From: Octopus vulgaris
Taxonomy: Eukaryota
Direction of reading: 5' to 3'
Assembly: GCA_951406725.2 (NCBI GenBank)
Contig: OX597817.1
Span: 105,090,001 to 105,154,000 of the forward strand
DNA: 64,000 nucleotides
Shown here: in pieces, positions 1-12,139 of the stretch
Layout of the letters: each line of letters starts with the position of its first letter
Numbering within the stretch: the stretch's first letter is position 1
The notes under the pieces: generated by a model
The model's input: only the letters and a program-made list of their open reading frames with translations
Told to the model about the DNA's origin: nothing
Databases searched by the model: none
Position numbers and translations under genes: made by a program

Positions 1-300
1 TTTTTGAGTAGTGGTTTAAGGTAGACTTGCAAAGAGAAAGTAGGAGAAAGTATGGTAATAGCAGTTGAAATTAGAGAGGCAAATCGTAAAATATTTACTT
101 CTCTCGAATTTTTGCTTAATTGGGGGTCAAATTGAAAAAAAACATTATATGCCATGACCCAATCGAATCTACTTCGAAAAATCATAGGTAAATTCCAATT
201 GAAGAAATTCTATATTGTACAATTGTATTAAAAAGGAACATGGTAACAGGCAGAGAAAATCTGCCTTTTATCATAAGAGATATATACATATATATATATA

Positions 301-503
301 TGTGTGTATTTGTGTACTTGTCCCCCACCATCGCTTGACAACTGATGCTGGTGTGTTTACGGCCCCGTAACTTAGCGGTTCGGTAAAAGAGACCGATAGA
401 ATAAGTACAGGCTTACAAAGAATAAGTCCTGGGGTCGATTTGTTCAACAAAAGGCGGTGCTCTAGCATGGCCGTACTCAAATGACTGAAACAAGTAAAAG
501 AGT
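301..503 (+). mobile_element. 3' half of tRNA-derived SINE family A
   Basis: Matches the 3' half of the full copy at 16453-16866 (gcttgacaac..gctggtgtgtttac..cttagcggttcgg..gcatggccg..aaatgactgaaacaagtaaaagag). Confidence 0.85.
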
Positions 504-506
504 AGT

Positions 507-537
<31 letters not shown>

Positions 538-603
538 CACACACACGTATCTATACACACACACATATTTTAATAACAGTTTGATTCGACTTCATGTAAC
601 TTA

Positions 604-1245
604 CGCGGGGCAGTTGAAAAGTTCATAGTTTGCCCAAGATACTCTCATGGAATGTGACCAAATGAGGTTTATTTTTCAACAAAGTCCCCCTATGCGGTCC
701 GCACACTTCTTCTATCGGTGTTGCACTGTTTGGATCCTATTGGCAAAGAAGCTTTCATCCACTTGGTAAAAAAATCAACTGCAGATATGACGTTATCATC
801 ACTGTGATATTGATTCCCAGCCAACTCTTTTTTCATGTTGAGGAACAGATTATAGTCAGAAGTGGCCAAATAAGGAGAATAGGGATGCTAATCAGGTTCA
901 AAGACACAGTCACACACAGCAGCCATTCAAACCAAGTATTTGTGTGCTGAAGCATGGTCCTGATGAAACAAGACCCCTTCCATCAGTTTTCCTGGACTTT
1001 CATAAGACTTTCATAAATGCCTAAGCAAGTTGGCATAGTACTTTTCATTGATGGTGTGATCATTCGAAGACAATCAATAAACACAATGCCTTTTTTACCC
1101 TCAAAAACTGAGGCTATCATCTTCCCTGCAGATGAAACGACCTTGGTCTTCTTTGGAGCAGGTTTAGGAGGGGTGTTTCTTCTGCATGGATTGTCTCTTT
1201 GTCTCTGGCTGTAAGTGATGAACCCAGCATTCATCGTATGTATGT
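604..1245 (-). mobile_element. Mariner transposon, decayed 3' half
   Basis: TA followed by TIR-like cgcggggcagttgaaaagttc at 604. Minus-strand peptide KKTKVVSSAGKMIASVFEGKKGIVFIDCL resembles the mariner catalytic region. Truncated by the adjacent SINE. Confidence 0.75.
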
Positions 1246-1251
1246 ATTCTT

Positions 1252-1622
1252 GTGTTTGTTTCAGTGTGACGGTGGCCATGTTGGAGCACTACCTTTTAAT
1301 CGAACAAATCGACCCCAAGACTTATTCTTTGCAAGCCTAGTACTTATTCTATCGGACTCTTTTGCCGAACCGGGGACGTAAGCACACCAACATCGGCTGT
1401 CAAGTAATGGTGGAGGGACAAACGCAGACACATAAACATATACACACATTTATATACGACGGGCTTCTTTCATTTTCCGTCTACCAAATCCACTCACAAG
1501 CATTTTTGTCGGCCCGCGGCTATAGTAGAAGACACTAGCTCAAGGTGCCACACAGTGAGTCTGAATCTGGAAGCATGTGGTTGGTAAGTGAACTATTTTC
1601 CACACAGTCATTCCTGCGCCTA
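1252..1622 (-). mobile_element. SINE family A, near full length
   Basis: Reverse complement of 16453-16866. Head ggcgcaggaatgactgtgtgg ends at about 1620. Confidence 0.85.
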
Positions 1623-1721
1623 TGTATATATATATATATATATATAATGCATACATATACACTTATAAACGTACATACATATGTACATATATTTACACAC
1701 ATACACGCGCGCGCGCACACA

Positions 1722-1770
<49 letters not shown>

Positions 1771-1871
1771 CCCGGACTTAGTAGTACAACTATGTGTTAT
1801 AGAAATCATTATTCAGGAGATTGATAAATGCAGCTACGAAACTCTCAGCTATTGAGTTACTATGCTGTTAT

Positions 1872-2060
1872 ATCTATTATATAAAATCTGTTCTGTCTGT
1901 GTGTGTGTCTTCTCGGATCTCGGGCATCCTCCATCCAATTGCGCTCAAATTTGATATGTAGATACCGACTGTATCAGGGTGTATAGAAATCTTGAAAAAA
2001 TTACAAAAATCGATTCCAGGTGAGAATGCGATCGATAAAGCCGCTTTTGTCCTGCTTTTC
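1872..2060 (+). mobile_element. Possible non-autonomous Helitron/Helentron (DINE-like) 5' end
   Basis: Starts tctattatataaaatctgttctgtctgtgtgtg, then ccaattgcgctcaaatttgatatgtag, a layout typical of DINE/HINE-type elements. The 3' end was not identified. Confidence 0.35.
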
Positions 2061-2422
2061 TTCCGTCAACCTGTTCATAACTGCACCTTCCATTTTTTGT
2101 TGTTTTTGTACTGCTTAAAGGCACGTTTCTTTCCTGCCAAGCTTACCGTTTAAACCATGTTTGTGTTCTCCCAGTCAACAGCCTTATCATTACTGGTACT
2201 TTAAACTCTTCGGTTGCATATATGTGTGAATAAAATCGTTTTTCTTTGGAGTAGAAAAAAAGTCTATCTTCTTTTGCTAAGTGTCTCAAATTTAGGTTAA
2301 ATCAGTGTTTCTCAAAGGGGAGGCCTATGGGACGGTCGGACAAGATGTTTTGAGAAAATTTGGTTTAAATGTTTGACAACTCAGCACCGTCCATTGGACG
2401 GGGGGGGGGGGCGTTTTGCTCG

Positions 2423-2458
<36 letters not shown>

Positions 2459-3530
2459 TTCATATATAGGAGCGGGGTCGGGTGGTGCAAAATTGGTAAC
2501 TGGAGCAAAATGAGTAATTTCTGATTTCTAGTTATTTTCTCCCTACCTGTTTGAAATCATTACATTGAAATTATTGTATCATTATTTTGTACTGTTCATC
2601 ATCTTTAGGAGCAAAAATTAATCAGCATAGTTGTTGTTGTTGTTGTTGAACTTGAGAGTGTGTGAAATATAGTCAGGTGACAGGTTCTTTGTTTTCAAGA
2701 AGCTTTTCTTGAAGTTTGACTCGATTGTAATTGAGACTGCTAATAGAATATCTGGATAATCATTTCTGTTTAACAATGAATATTATTCTCCTTATTGGAT
2801 TCTAAGTCATCTTTTCCCCATACTAATGTCTAAGTTGATAATTTTCACTTTTCAAAAATATAAAAAAGAATGTCTAAAACAGGGCAAAATGAATAACTTC
2901 ATAATGTATAAATATATTTTGCCAGTTAAACCATCGCTTATATACTAAACAAAAAAAAACAAACAAAAAAACAACAACAAAAAACAACAAAAAACAAAAA
3001 CAAAAAAAAACAAAAAGCAACCCAACGAGATAAATGAGCTCAGTGTAAGGAACAGAAGTGTCTGAAATATTCGTGGAATGTTCGATAAATGTACCCTCGT
3101 TTCGTCATCTAGCACATTTAAACTTTCGCATTTCAGCGTTTTTTCGTTAGTCATATTTGAAAATCGAAAAGAACTTTTAGCCCTTTCGCAAAGTGGAATG
3201 TTATCTAACAGTTAAATCCAGAAACATTCCAATTTACACTCTTTATAAGTTGTAAATAAACTGTGATAAGTTTTTAAAATTTTTGTTTCAGTAAATTCTT
3301 TAATCAACGGGGGAAAAATATTGAAGTGGATGAACCAGATTTCTGATTTAATCATATTTTGCACTTTGATATTAGGGAAGAACGCAGTGTTTTATCTTCA
3401 AATAATATATAATGATGAAAGACTTAAGTAATATCGTATTTTGAGTTGCACTTTGCTTTTGATAAAAATTTGGAAACTTTCCCTTTTCATATTTCTTCTT
3501 TCCTTTCAATGCTGGTATTTATCTTATTCT

Positions 3531-3908
3531 TTTCTACTCTAGGCACAAGGCCCAAAATGTTTGGGGAGGGGGTCAGTACGCAACTGGTACATAATTTACC
3601 CATCCCGAAAGGATGAAAGGCAAAGTTGACCTCGGCGGAATTTGAACTCAGAATGTAACGGCAGACGAGATACCTATTTCTTTACTACCCACAAAGAGCT
3701 AAACACAGAGGAGACAAATAAGGACAGACAAAATGATTAAGTCGATTATATCGACCCAAGTGAGTAACTGGTACTTATTTAATCGACCTCGAAAGGATGA
3801 AAGGCAAAATCGACCTTGGCGGAATTCGAACCCAGAACGTAGCGGCAAACGAAATACCGCTAAGCATTTCGCCCAGCGTGCTAACGGTTCTGCTAGCTCA
3901 CCGCCTTA
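3531..3908 (-). mobile_element. tRNA-derived SINE family B with internally duplicated core
   Basis: Minus-strand head ggcggtgagctagcagaaccgttagc with B-box-like gggttcgaattcc. The core ttgcctttcatcctttcg..gtaccag occurs twice (about 3580-3680 and 3767-3860). Confidence 0.8.
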
Positions 3909-3924
3909 TGGCTGTCTCTCTCAA

Positions 3925-4266
<342 letters not shown>

Positions 4267-4963
4267 GAATGAATGTCAGCAACAAACCTCGTTTCAAATT
4301 CAATCATAAAATTCAATTCGTTGATTCTATTGAAAATGTTTAAAACAATATAACTTCGTATACACAACGAAGCAGTCGACCTCCTGAGAATCAATGAATT
4401 CACTGAGGAAAATGAGGTTTTGAAACTTTGTTTCAATCTCTTGATTTGAAGAGGTATACTTTCAATATAATTGACCATTTGAACAACTGAGTAGCTTTCA
4501 ATTGAGTAGCAAAAATTTTTATTCTCCTTTATGGTCAAAGATGTGAAGTCTTTTGACAAACGAGTAATTGAGGGTGTAATATATATTGTCGTAACTAATC
4601 TATCTATGGCAAAATGTTTTCCTTCATGAAACAGTCTAAAACAGCCATGAAGAAACTGCGGCCTCCGGGACTTTCTGAATTACAAAATAATACTTCGAAT
4701 TTTTTTAGTAATTTAGCTCATCTCCTGATGAGCTATGTCTCATACTGCCCGCTCCTTGAAAAAAGATTGCTCATGCCTGATCTAAAATATATCTTCGCTT
4801 CTAGTTTCAAAGGAATTTCTTGACAGCACAAAAATTCCTCTATTATTCTGTTGTCATGAATAAAACATATAAAAGCCAGTTATTGTACGAACTTATTTAC
4901 ATGTCCTGACTCGTTTTTCTTCAGTGCTTGAAATCTTGTCATCATTTACAAAAAATATCTTTC

Positions 4964-5330
4964 GGCGTGTCTGTGTGGTAAGAAGCTTGCTTCCCAATCA
5001 CATAGTTTCGGGTTCAGTTTCACTGCGTGACACTTTGGTCAAGTGTCTTCCACTATAGATCCAGACCCACCAAAGCCTCGTGAGTATATGTGGGTGTGTG
5101 TGTGTGTGTGTGTCTTTGTGTCTATGTTTGTCCACTCCCATCACCGCTTGATAACCGGTGTTGTTGTGCTTTTGTCCCCGTAACTTAACGGTCCGGCAAA
5201 AATGACTGATAGAGTAAGTACCAGGCTTAAAAACAAGAAGTACTGGGATCGATTCATTCGTCTAAATAGTGAAGGTGGTGCGCCAGCATGGCCGCAGTCA
5301 AATGACTGAAACAAGCAAATAAAAGATAGA
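4964..5330 (+). mobile_element. SINE family A
   Basis: Head ggcgtgtctgtgtggtaagaagcttgc; tail ccagcatggccgcagtcaaatgactgaaacaag. Confidence 0.85.
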
Positions 5331-5339
5331 AGATATAGA

Positions 5340-5533
5340 TATCACGTTGCCTCCTCCCCTTTCATTTTCTCTGCCGTTTGTACTCTGTATAAGTTTGACC
5401 TATCTATCGATATTTATATTTCTATTATTAATATATAGATATCTATATTTTTATACTTAAATATTCATCGTCAAAAAATCTCCGGTATTTACTTTCTTTC
5501 TGTTTACACGAATACGCGCGCGCGCACACACAT

Positions 5534-5571
<38 letters not shown>

Positions 5572-5740
5572 TGCATATCAAACCCAAGCTGTTATATTCT
5601 ATTTATCCGCATAATTGCCTCCATATCTGCTCGCCTGGATTTCTCTTATAGCCACTCTTTACTCTGCGGAAGTGTCCCTCGTAGAGACATCGGCGTATGT
5701 GTTTGAATCATTTGAGCGCTTCAAAGTGTTTCATATACAA
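5340..5740. repeat. Dispersed repeat; inverted copy of 25700-26030 (probable Penelope-like terminal repeat family)
   Basis: gaatcatttgagcgct..aaagtgttt, ttatagccactctttac and catatctgctc are reverse complements of segments at 25700-25820. Confidence 0.6.
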
Positions 5741-5761
5741 ATCAAAACAAATCGTCCCCAG

Positions 5762-5861
5762 TCCTCTATCGGTCTCTTTTGCCGAACCACGAAGTTACGG
5801 GGACGTAGACACATCAACATCGGTTGTCAAGCAATGGCGGTGGGGACAAACACAAACACAA

Positions 5862-5930
<69 letters not shown>

Positions 5931-6163
5931 CATACATACACATATAACAGTGTATGCTGAGATGCAGCACGGAATTTTGATCGTGGTTTCAAAGCGACGA
6001 AAATGTTTGACAAATTAAATTTAAATGTTGAAGTCAATCTAACGGTTTTTGTGTGCTTTTAAACGGGTTATGAACACCTTCCACGCTACAATTGCTTTTG
6101 TTTCAGCACTCGATCTCAGATCAAGTCACTTGCTCTGCAAGAATATCTCCGTAATATATATAT

Positions 6164-6226
<63 letters not shown>

Positions 6227-6378
6227 CTTCTTTCAGTTTCCGTCCACCAAATCCACTCACAAGGCTTTGGTCGATCCGAGGCTATAGTAGAAGACACTTG
6301 CTCAAGGTACCACGCAGTGTAACTGAACGCGGAACTATGTGGTTGGGAAGCAAGCTTCTCACCACATAGCCACGCCTA
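5762..6378 (-). mobile_element. SINE family A split at its internal (TA)n by an approximately 210 bp unrelated insert (about 5945-6152)
   Basis: 3' part at 5762-5860 and 5' part at 6226-6378, same strand and colinear. Confidence 0.7.
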
Positions 6379-6380
6379 AA

Positions 6381-7097
6381 AGAATTCAGGTAGTTTCAAC
6401 AAGTTAGAATAATAATACAACATATACTCAGCCATAAAACTGGTGTATGCATATTATTAAAATATATTTAATATATCATTCATTAAAATATTAAAGCATA
6501 TTAAAAATTTGCAGATACATGAATATATAAAAATGTAATACATGTATACATGGGTAGAAAAACAGTATATGAGATGTGAAACCTTAACTAATACATTGTC
6601 CCTGATGAAGGAAGCAGTGTCTTAAATTTGGATAGGAATATCCTTTATTTGTATGGATTATTGTACCCTTGAAACGGCCGTCGGAGTATCACCACTTAAT
6701 TCTTGAAATTGGAATACCACCATCTAATTATTGGAAACTTTATCTTCCATCTGGATGTTTAAACATTTCTTCATTCACCTTTTCGTGAGGGTTTGCACTT
6801 TTATTTTTTAATATTTTTTAAATAGCTTTTTAACACCGCTCTTAATCGGTAAGTAGGACGATGTCTTCAATATATACCTTTTATGATGCTAATATATTTT
6901 TAAACATCAGTATAGTTTTTCTACCTATACATGCCTATTATATTTTTTATATATTCATGTATCTGTAAATGTTTAATATGTTTTAATTTTTAATGAGTGA
7001 TACATTAAATATATTTTAATAATATGCATACACCGGTTTTATGGGTGAGTATATATTGTGTTATTATTCTACATCATTGAACCTACCTGAATTCTCC
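6381..7097 (+). mobile_element. Fold-back (inverted-repeat) Penelope-type remnant with central hammerhead motif
   Basis: Imperfect inverted arms of about 200 bp at 6381-6580 and about 6900-7097 (agaattcaggtag.. / ..ctacctgaattct). Hammerhead motif at 6597-6686. Confidence 0.7.
6597..6686 (+). ncRNA. Type I hammerhead ribozyme motif (PLE-type)
   Basis: tcc-(c)CTGATGA(6602)-agg..cctt-GAAA(6671)-cggccg-TC-gga. Core is intact, stem III is palindromic, cleavage triplet is GUC. Stem II is degenerate. Confidence 0.7.
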
Positions 7098-7181
7098 TTT
7101 TGAATATAATATATATATCGAACGTCTCAGGTTGTCTGCCTGAGCACTTCACAGCGCTGTCTATATAATAAATAAAAATAT

Positions 7182-7269
<88 letters not shown>

Positions 7270-7324
7270 ATATATATGTATACATACATACATGCATACA
7301 TATATACATACATACATACATACA

Positions 7325-7359
<35 letters not shown>

Positions 7360-7456
7360 TTATAGTTCAAATTTATAGAAAAACATAAAACGTACACAGG
7401 TGTAGGAACTACAAACAAGTGTATTTGTTAGTTTAACACAAGTCAAAAATGGAAGT

Positions 7457-7492
7457 CTTTTACGTTTCAAGCCTACGTTCTTCGACAGAAAG
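7457..7492 (-). ncRNA. Degenerate minimal hammerhead-like motif
   Basis: Minus strand cttt-CTGTCGA-agaacgtaggctt-GAAA-c-GTA-aaag, with one core substitution (CUGANGA to CUGUCGA). Confidence 0.4.
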
Positions 7493-7551
7493 GAATAAGA
7501 GGAAATACAGAGAGAATGAAAGAAAAAGTGTAGAGTTCAGCGGTCTAGCAT

Positions 7552-7582
<31 letters not shown>

Positions 7583-7878
7583 AATATAAGGGAGTGTCCA
7601 CTATGTGGTCGACTCTTGCGCTAAAAATAGATCCGCTATGGTCTCAACCACCAAGAATTGTTTCCAAGGAGAATTAGCACAACTATGAGCGTAAACGAGC
7701 AGGACAAATGAAAAATATACTGCAGTAAATTTTTTATGCAGTATTTGTTTCCGGGATTTTTGGCGCGCTATAGCGAGAGCATTCGAATCATAACTGCGAA
7801 TATAATTGACTAAATCACACGTGTGTTTGACGTTATGTTAAAATCTAGCGTGCGGTTTAGTAAATTGTATCCAAGACA

Positions 7879-8365
7879 AATTCTACTGATGAGCTATGTG
7901 TATATTACTCTTTTACTCTTTTACTTGTTTCAGTCATTTGACTGCGGCCATGCTGGAGCACCGCCTTTAGTCAAGCAAATCGACCCCAGGACTTATTCTT
8001 TGTAAGCTCAGTACTTATTCTATCGGTCTCTTTTGCCGAACCGCTAAGTGACGGGGACGTAAACACACCAGCATCGGTTGTCAAGCAATGCTAGGGGGAC
8101 AAACACAGACACACAAACACACACACATATATATATACATATATACGACGGGCTTCTTTCAGTTTCCGTCTACCAAATCCACTCACAAGGCTTTGGTCGG
8201 CCCGAGGCTATAGTAGGAAACACTTGCCCAACGTGCCACCCAATGGGACTGAACCCGGAACCATGTGGTTGGTAAACAAGCTACTTACCACACAGCCACT
8301 CCTGCGCCTATATTATGTAAGTAAAATTGCATAATTCATTAATAGCGAAACAATTGTCTAGAATT
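7879..8365 (+). ncRNA. Type I hammerhead ribozyme with intact core; SINE inserted inside stem-loop II
   Basis: aattcta-CTGATGA(7886)-gctat..[SINE]..atagc-GAAA(8347)-caattg-TC-tagaatt: 7 bp stem I, 5 bp base of stem II, palindromic stem III. Confidence 0.8.
7908..8308 (-). mobile_element. Young full-length SINE family A with 7 bp TSD TATATTA
   Basis: Reverse complement of the 16453-16866 type. TATATTA at 7901-7907 and 8309-8315; tail (ctctttta)n. Confidence 0.9.
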
Positions 8366-8603
8366 AATCTACATTTATGTTATTTTTCATTTGTCCTGCT
8401 CGTTTACGCTCATAGTTGTGCTAATTCTCCTTGGAAACAATTCTTGGCGGTTGAGACCATAGCGGATCTCAAGAGTCGACCACATAGAGGACACTCTCTT
8501 ATATTTGTGTATAAATTTTTATTGTATCCCTGGTCTTTATGCGCTAAGCCACTTGGTGTTAAATTGATGTTATTATTAAATTAATATCCAATTTTTTCAC
8601 CCT

Positions 8604-8714
<111 letters not shown>

Positions 8715-8762
8715 AACAAATGCGAGAAAGAAGATGGAATATACGAGAATTTTTATTATTAA

Positions 8763-8866
8763 CCACGACAATTGTTTCGACACATCTAGCATCGATCCCT
8801 CACGGGTGGGACACTTAACAACTCGTTCAGGAGAATCTTGCAGTGCAGATGTGTCTCATCGGGTGA
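8763..8866 (-). ncRNA. Hammerhead motif of the PLE 3' repeat (one core substitution)
   Basis: Minus strand tcac-CCGATGA-gacacatct..agatgtgtc-GAAA-caattg-TC-gtgg: perfect 9 bp stem II, palindromic stem III. Confidence 0.7.
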
Positions 8867-9329
8867 TAAATAGATACAACTCGTTAAAATAACAGTTCCG
8901 CAATGTATCTTCTCATTTAGTAGAAAGAAAAGTAGCAAAACAAAGGCAATACCTTCATTTATATAGAAGATCAAAAATAAAATTAAAGATGCAAAAAAGA
9001 AACGAACACGCAATACAGCGAGCAAAGTATTAAAAAATAACTTAACAGATATGGCTGTACAAACGTCCTTGCACAAGTTGCATGGCGCGTGCACAATCGC
9101 TTATATAAGCATCCACAAAAATGTAGGCACACGCACACGTGTGGCTTGGTGCATTCACGATCACAAAGCGAGTTAAATAAGTATTTGGTGTTTATAAAAA
9201 GTGGGAGGTTAAAGCTAAACTTAGTTCATTCATACCTTAAAGTAAATTATATTAACAGTTACTCAAATTCATTCCCATTGCATTGTGCGAAACTACATTT
9301 ATATGCGTGTAGGTTTCTTCAGAAATTCT

Positions 9330-10235
9330 ATTAATGATATTCTCATTGGTCTACAGAATAGACAGGGATTCCTCTGAGCAGTGTCAGCATCTCCTGGAAA
9401 TGATATTGTTTAGTTGTGCATGCCTTACTATGGACCAAGTTATGTTGTACTTAATTTTATCTTCCTTCAGTCGCCATACAGATTCGACCAAAGATGTTGA
9501 ATGTCTCTTATTGATTCTCTTGAAGCTGGCCACATGGTTGCGATAACGATTCTTAAATGAATCAGCCGTCTTCCTTGTGTGCACGGTACATTTATATACA
9601 AGATTTGTACTCAAACAGAGGTTCATCAATGGGCATTTTGATTTTTCTCCGCATGAGCACTTATCATATTTATTTGTATATATGGCAGTTCCGACTTCAT
9701 TTTTCGACGTTGTTACCGTGTTAGCTATATCATAAGCATTTCTACTATTACAATTTGGCCGAAATTGGTGCTTTTCTTTGTGGTCTACATCTCCTCTGTT
9801 GGTATTTAGATGCGTATGTTCGCTACATCCAGTAGGTGGATTATTGAACTGTTGTCGTATTTTACAATTGTTTATGTGGTGCATAAGCTGCTCTAAATTA
9901 GCAGAGTTAGCGTAGGATACCTTCACGGTGTACCGATTAAAAATAGCATGATACCGATAAGATTTAGGAAAACATTTGTCCAAAGCGGCAAAAAATTTTC
10001 CAGCGATCTTGGTTGAAACATGCGAACCGAAAATTGGATTGCACCAGACGACATCCTGATTTTTATATCTGTTGTTAGGCATATTTGATCGAGTGTGTTG
10101 TACAGGATTGAAACAATTTACAGTGTTACGAGCAGTTGGATTTTTACATCGCGTGTGTCTGTGAGTTTTCGTTGATAGTTCATTGTCTTGACCAATTCCT
10201 CTGGGCCAGCATTTTCTATTTGAATGAGTTCTCAT
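9330..10235 (-). pseudogene. PLE ORF C-terminus: linker plus GIY-YIG endonuclease
   Basis: VVWCNPIF..KCFPKSYRYHAIFNRYTVKVSY, CSC..CPL..CL..LVYKCTV, FKNRYRNHVASF, STSL..VW.LK, C*HCSEE. The YIG motif is deleted and there is an in-frame stop. Confidence 0.8.
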
Positions 10236-10426
10236 ATCGTGACGTTGTGATGGTATATTACTATTGGAGGAATTACCAGTGTTGTGTATGCTTTTTTTTG
10301 TATATATTGAATTTTCTCACGGTACCCAACCCTAACTAAAGCAGCATTATAAGTTGCATGTGATTACAAAATTTTATTATTAGCGGATAATGTAGAAATT
10401 CTTGTAGAGATATTTAACTAATCCCC

Positions 10427-10499
<73 letters not shown>

Positions 10500-10544
10500 T
10501 GTATGTATGTATGTATGTATGTATGTATGTATGTATGTATGTAT

Positions 10545-10720
10545 GTGCGTGTGTGTTTGTGTCTGTGTTGGTGTATTTACATCCCTTTACTTAAAAGAAA
10601 CCAATAGATTAAGTACCAAGCTTTAAAAAAAAAGGCACTGGTGTCGATTCATTCAATTAAAAAATTTTCCAAGTCCATACCCTGGAATGGCCGCATTCCA
10701 ATGACTGATAGTCGGAAAAG
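10545..10720 (+). mobile_element. SINE family A, diverged 3' fragment
   Basis: gtgtttgtgtctgtgttggtg..aagtaccaagct..atggccgcattccaatgactga. Confidence 0.6.
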
Positions 10721-11350
10721 TTATATTTTGTGTCTTTCAATTGCATTTGTCACAGGAATTATTTCTATTTCTCGCTCAAATTCGAGGTCAAATAATGTTC
10801 GAGCTACTGAATAATAACATTTTTTTGTTATTTCGGTTTCAGCAATAGTATGTAGTTCAATGATTTTGACTAATAAAGTAACTTACCATTTGAGCTTTAT
10901 GTGAGGTTTTCGATTTCTGTTGGTGAATATGTTTCTTTATATGTTTCGCTAGCCCCTAGAGATACAGTTTTCCTGATAAATAATGTTTTGATGTAAAATG
11001 GTGCATTAATCTGAAAAATTATTGAAATGATTAGGAGTAGGTGTATCAACTGTAGATGAAATAAGTGAAGAAAAAATTGTTCTTGGGATGCATTGGCTAC
11101 TTGATACAGAGAAAATATATTGTTTTAAATACAGCACGTCCATAACAGATATTTTCTCCGGACGAATACTGCAGTAAATTTGCTTTACGCAGTGCATTTA
11201 CATTAAGTATGATACATAGATCGTACGTGCGTACGTGTGTTTGTCTGTCTTTCATATCGCCTGTGTGTGTGTATGAGTTTAGGGGTATGCTTGAAAACTA
11301 AAATGATCTTATCTAAAAAGAAAAGGTGGTAGACGAAAATCTAAAGACAA

Positions 11351-11420
11351 ATACATATTTATCGAAGAAATTAATACATATTTATCGAAGAAATTAATAC
11401 ATATTTATCGAAGAAATTAA
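11351..11420. repeat. 23 bp tandem repeat, 3 copies
   Basis: (aatacatatttatcgaagaaatt)3. Confidence 0.85.
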
Positions 11421-11448
11421 TTAAAACTAATTACATCAAGAAAACGTA

Positions 11449-11800
11449 CGTGGTGCATTTAAAAAGTATCCGACTTTATTTTTTCTCACTAAAACTAATG
11501 CCTCGTGGACAAAATCCTTTTGGTAGAAGGTGGTGCCACCCTTCCTGCGCATGCGAGAAAATTTTTGCACCGGTAGGTCAGCTCAGTCCCCGTATTTTAC
11601 GCATAGGGTACAAACGTGTAGTGCGCGCTCGTCGAATTTTCCTTTCCACCGAACGCATCGAACAGAGATATTGCATCAAGTTTTGCCAAAAGTTTGGTGA
11701 TACTCAAGCTCAACCCGTTTAGAAGATTCAGTAAGCCTTTGACGATGATGCCATGGGCAAAACTCAGATCAAGGAGTGGTACAACCACTTCAAACAAAGC
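11449..11800 (+). mobile_element. Mariner 5' fragment (TIR plus N-terminal HTH)
   Basis: TA + cgtggtgcatttaaaaagtatccgact; peptide ERIEQRYCIKFCQKFGDT..DDAMGKTQIKEWYNHFK with stops. Confidence 0.75.
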
Positions 11801-12139
11801 TGCACCTTCAGAAATTGAGTTAAGAGAAAATAACTCAGAAGACTACGACATAGAATTGGATCCAAAACCGACAGTAGGCGTGTAGAGAATTCTAAATTTA
11901 TTAAACCTTCCCTTTCAGATAGAGAAAGAACAAAAACCTGGCGATAATAATTAGTAACTGTGTATGAGAAGAGGAGATAATTTCTTGAAAATTAGAATTT
12001 TACATTTAAATTAACATGCTTCTGGGGGTAAAAACAGATTCTGTTGTTCACCGAACAAGAGCAATTTGTTAAAATATTTTATTTTGTACGGCGTTTCATA
12101 CATCGTCCTTACCTGTGTTATTGAAATTCTTAACACTGG

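Larger units (their letters stand above)
7577..8513 (+). mobile_element. Fold-back Penelope-type remnant with hammerhead, interrupted by a SINE
   Basis: Near-perfect inverted arms at 7577-7717 and 8381-8513 (ccaagaattgtttccaaggagaattagcacaactatgagcgtaaacgagcaggacaaatgaaaaata and its reverse complement). Confidence 0.8.
8720..10425 (-). mobile_element. Penelope-like element (PLE), 5'-truncated and decayed
   Basis: RT-thumb/linker and GIY-YIG remnants followed by an AT-rich 3' repeat carrying a hammerhead motif. Confidence 0.8.

Noticed and set aside
4395-4440. Further hammerhead-like strings (CTGAGGA..GAAAC here; also about 4725 and about 53008)
   Set aside because: Stems I and III do not pair convincingly.
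9375-9395. In-frame TGA next to cysteines in the PLE ORF (C*HC), suggesting selenocysteine as reported for some Naiad PLEs
   Set aside because: The TGA is at an X position of CxxC rather than a Cys position and fits CGA-to-TGA decay. The ORF is otherwise degraded.
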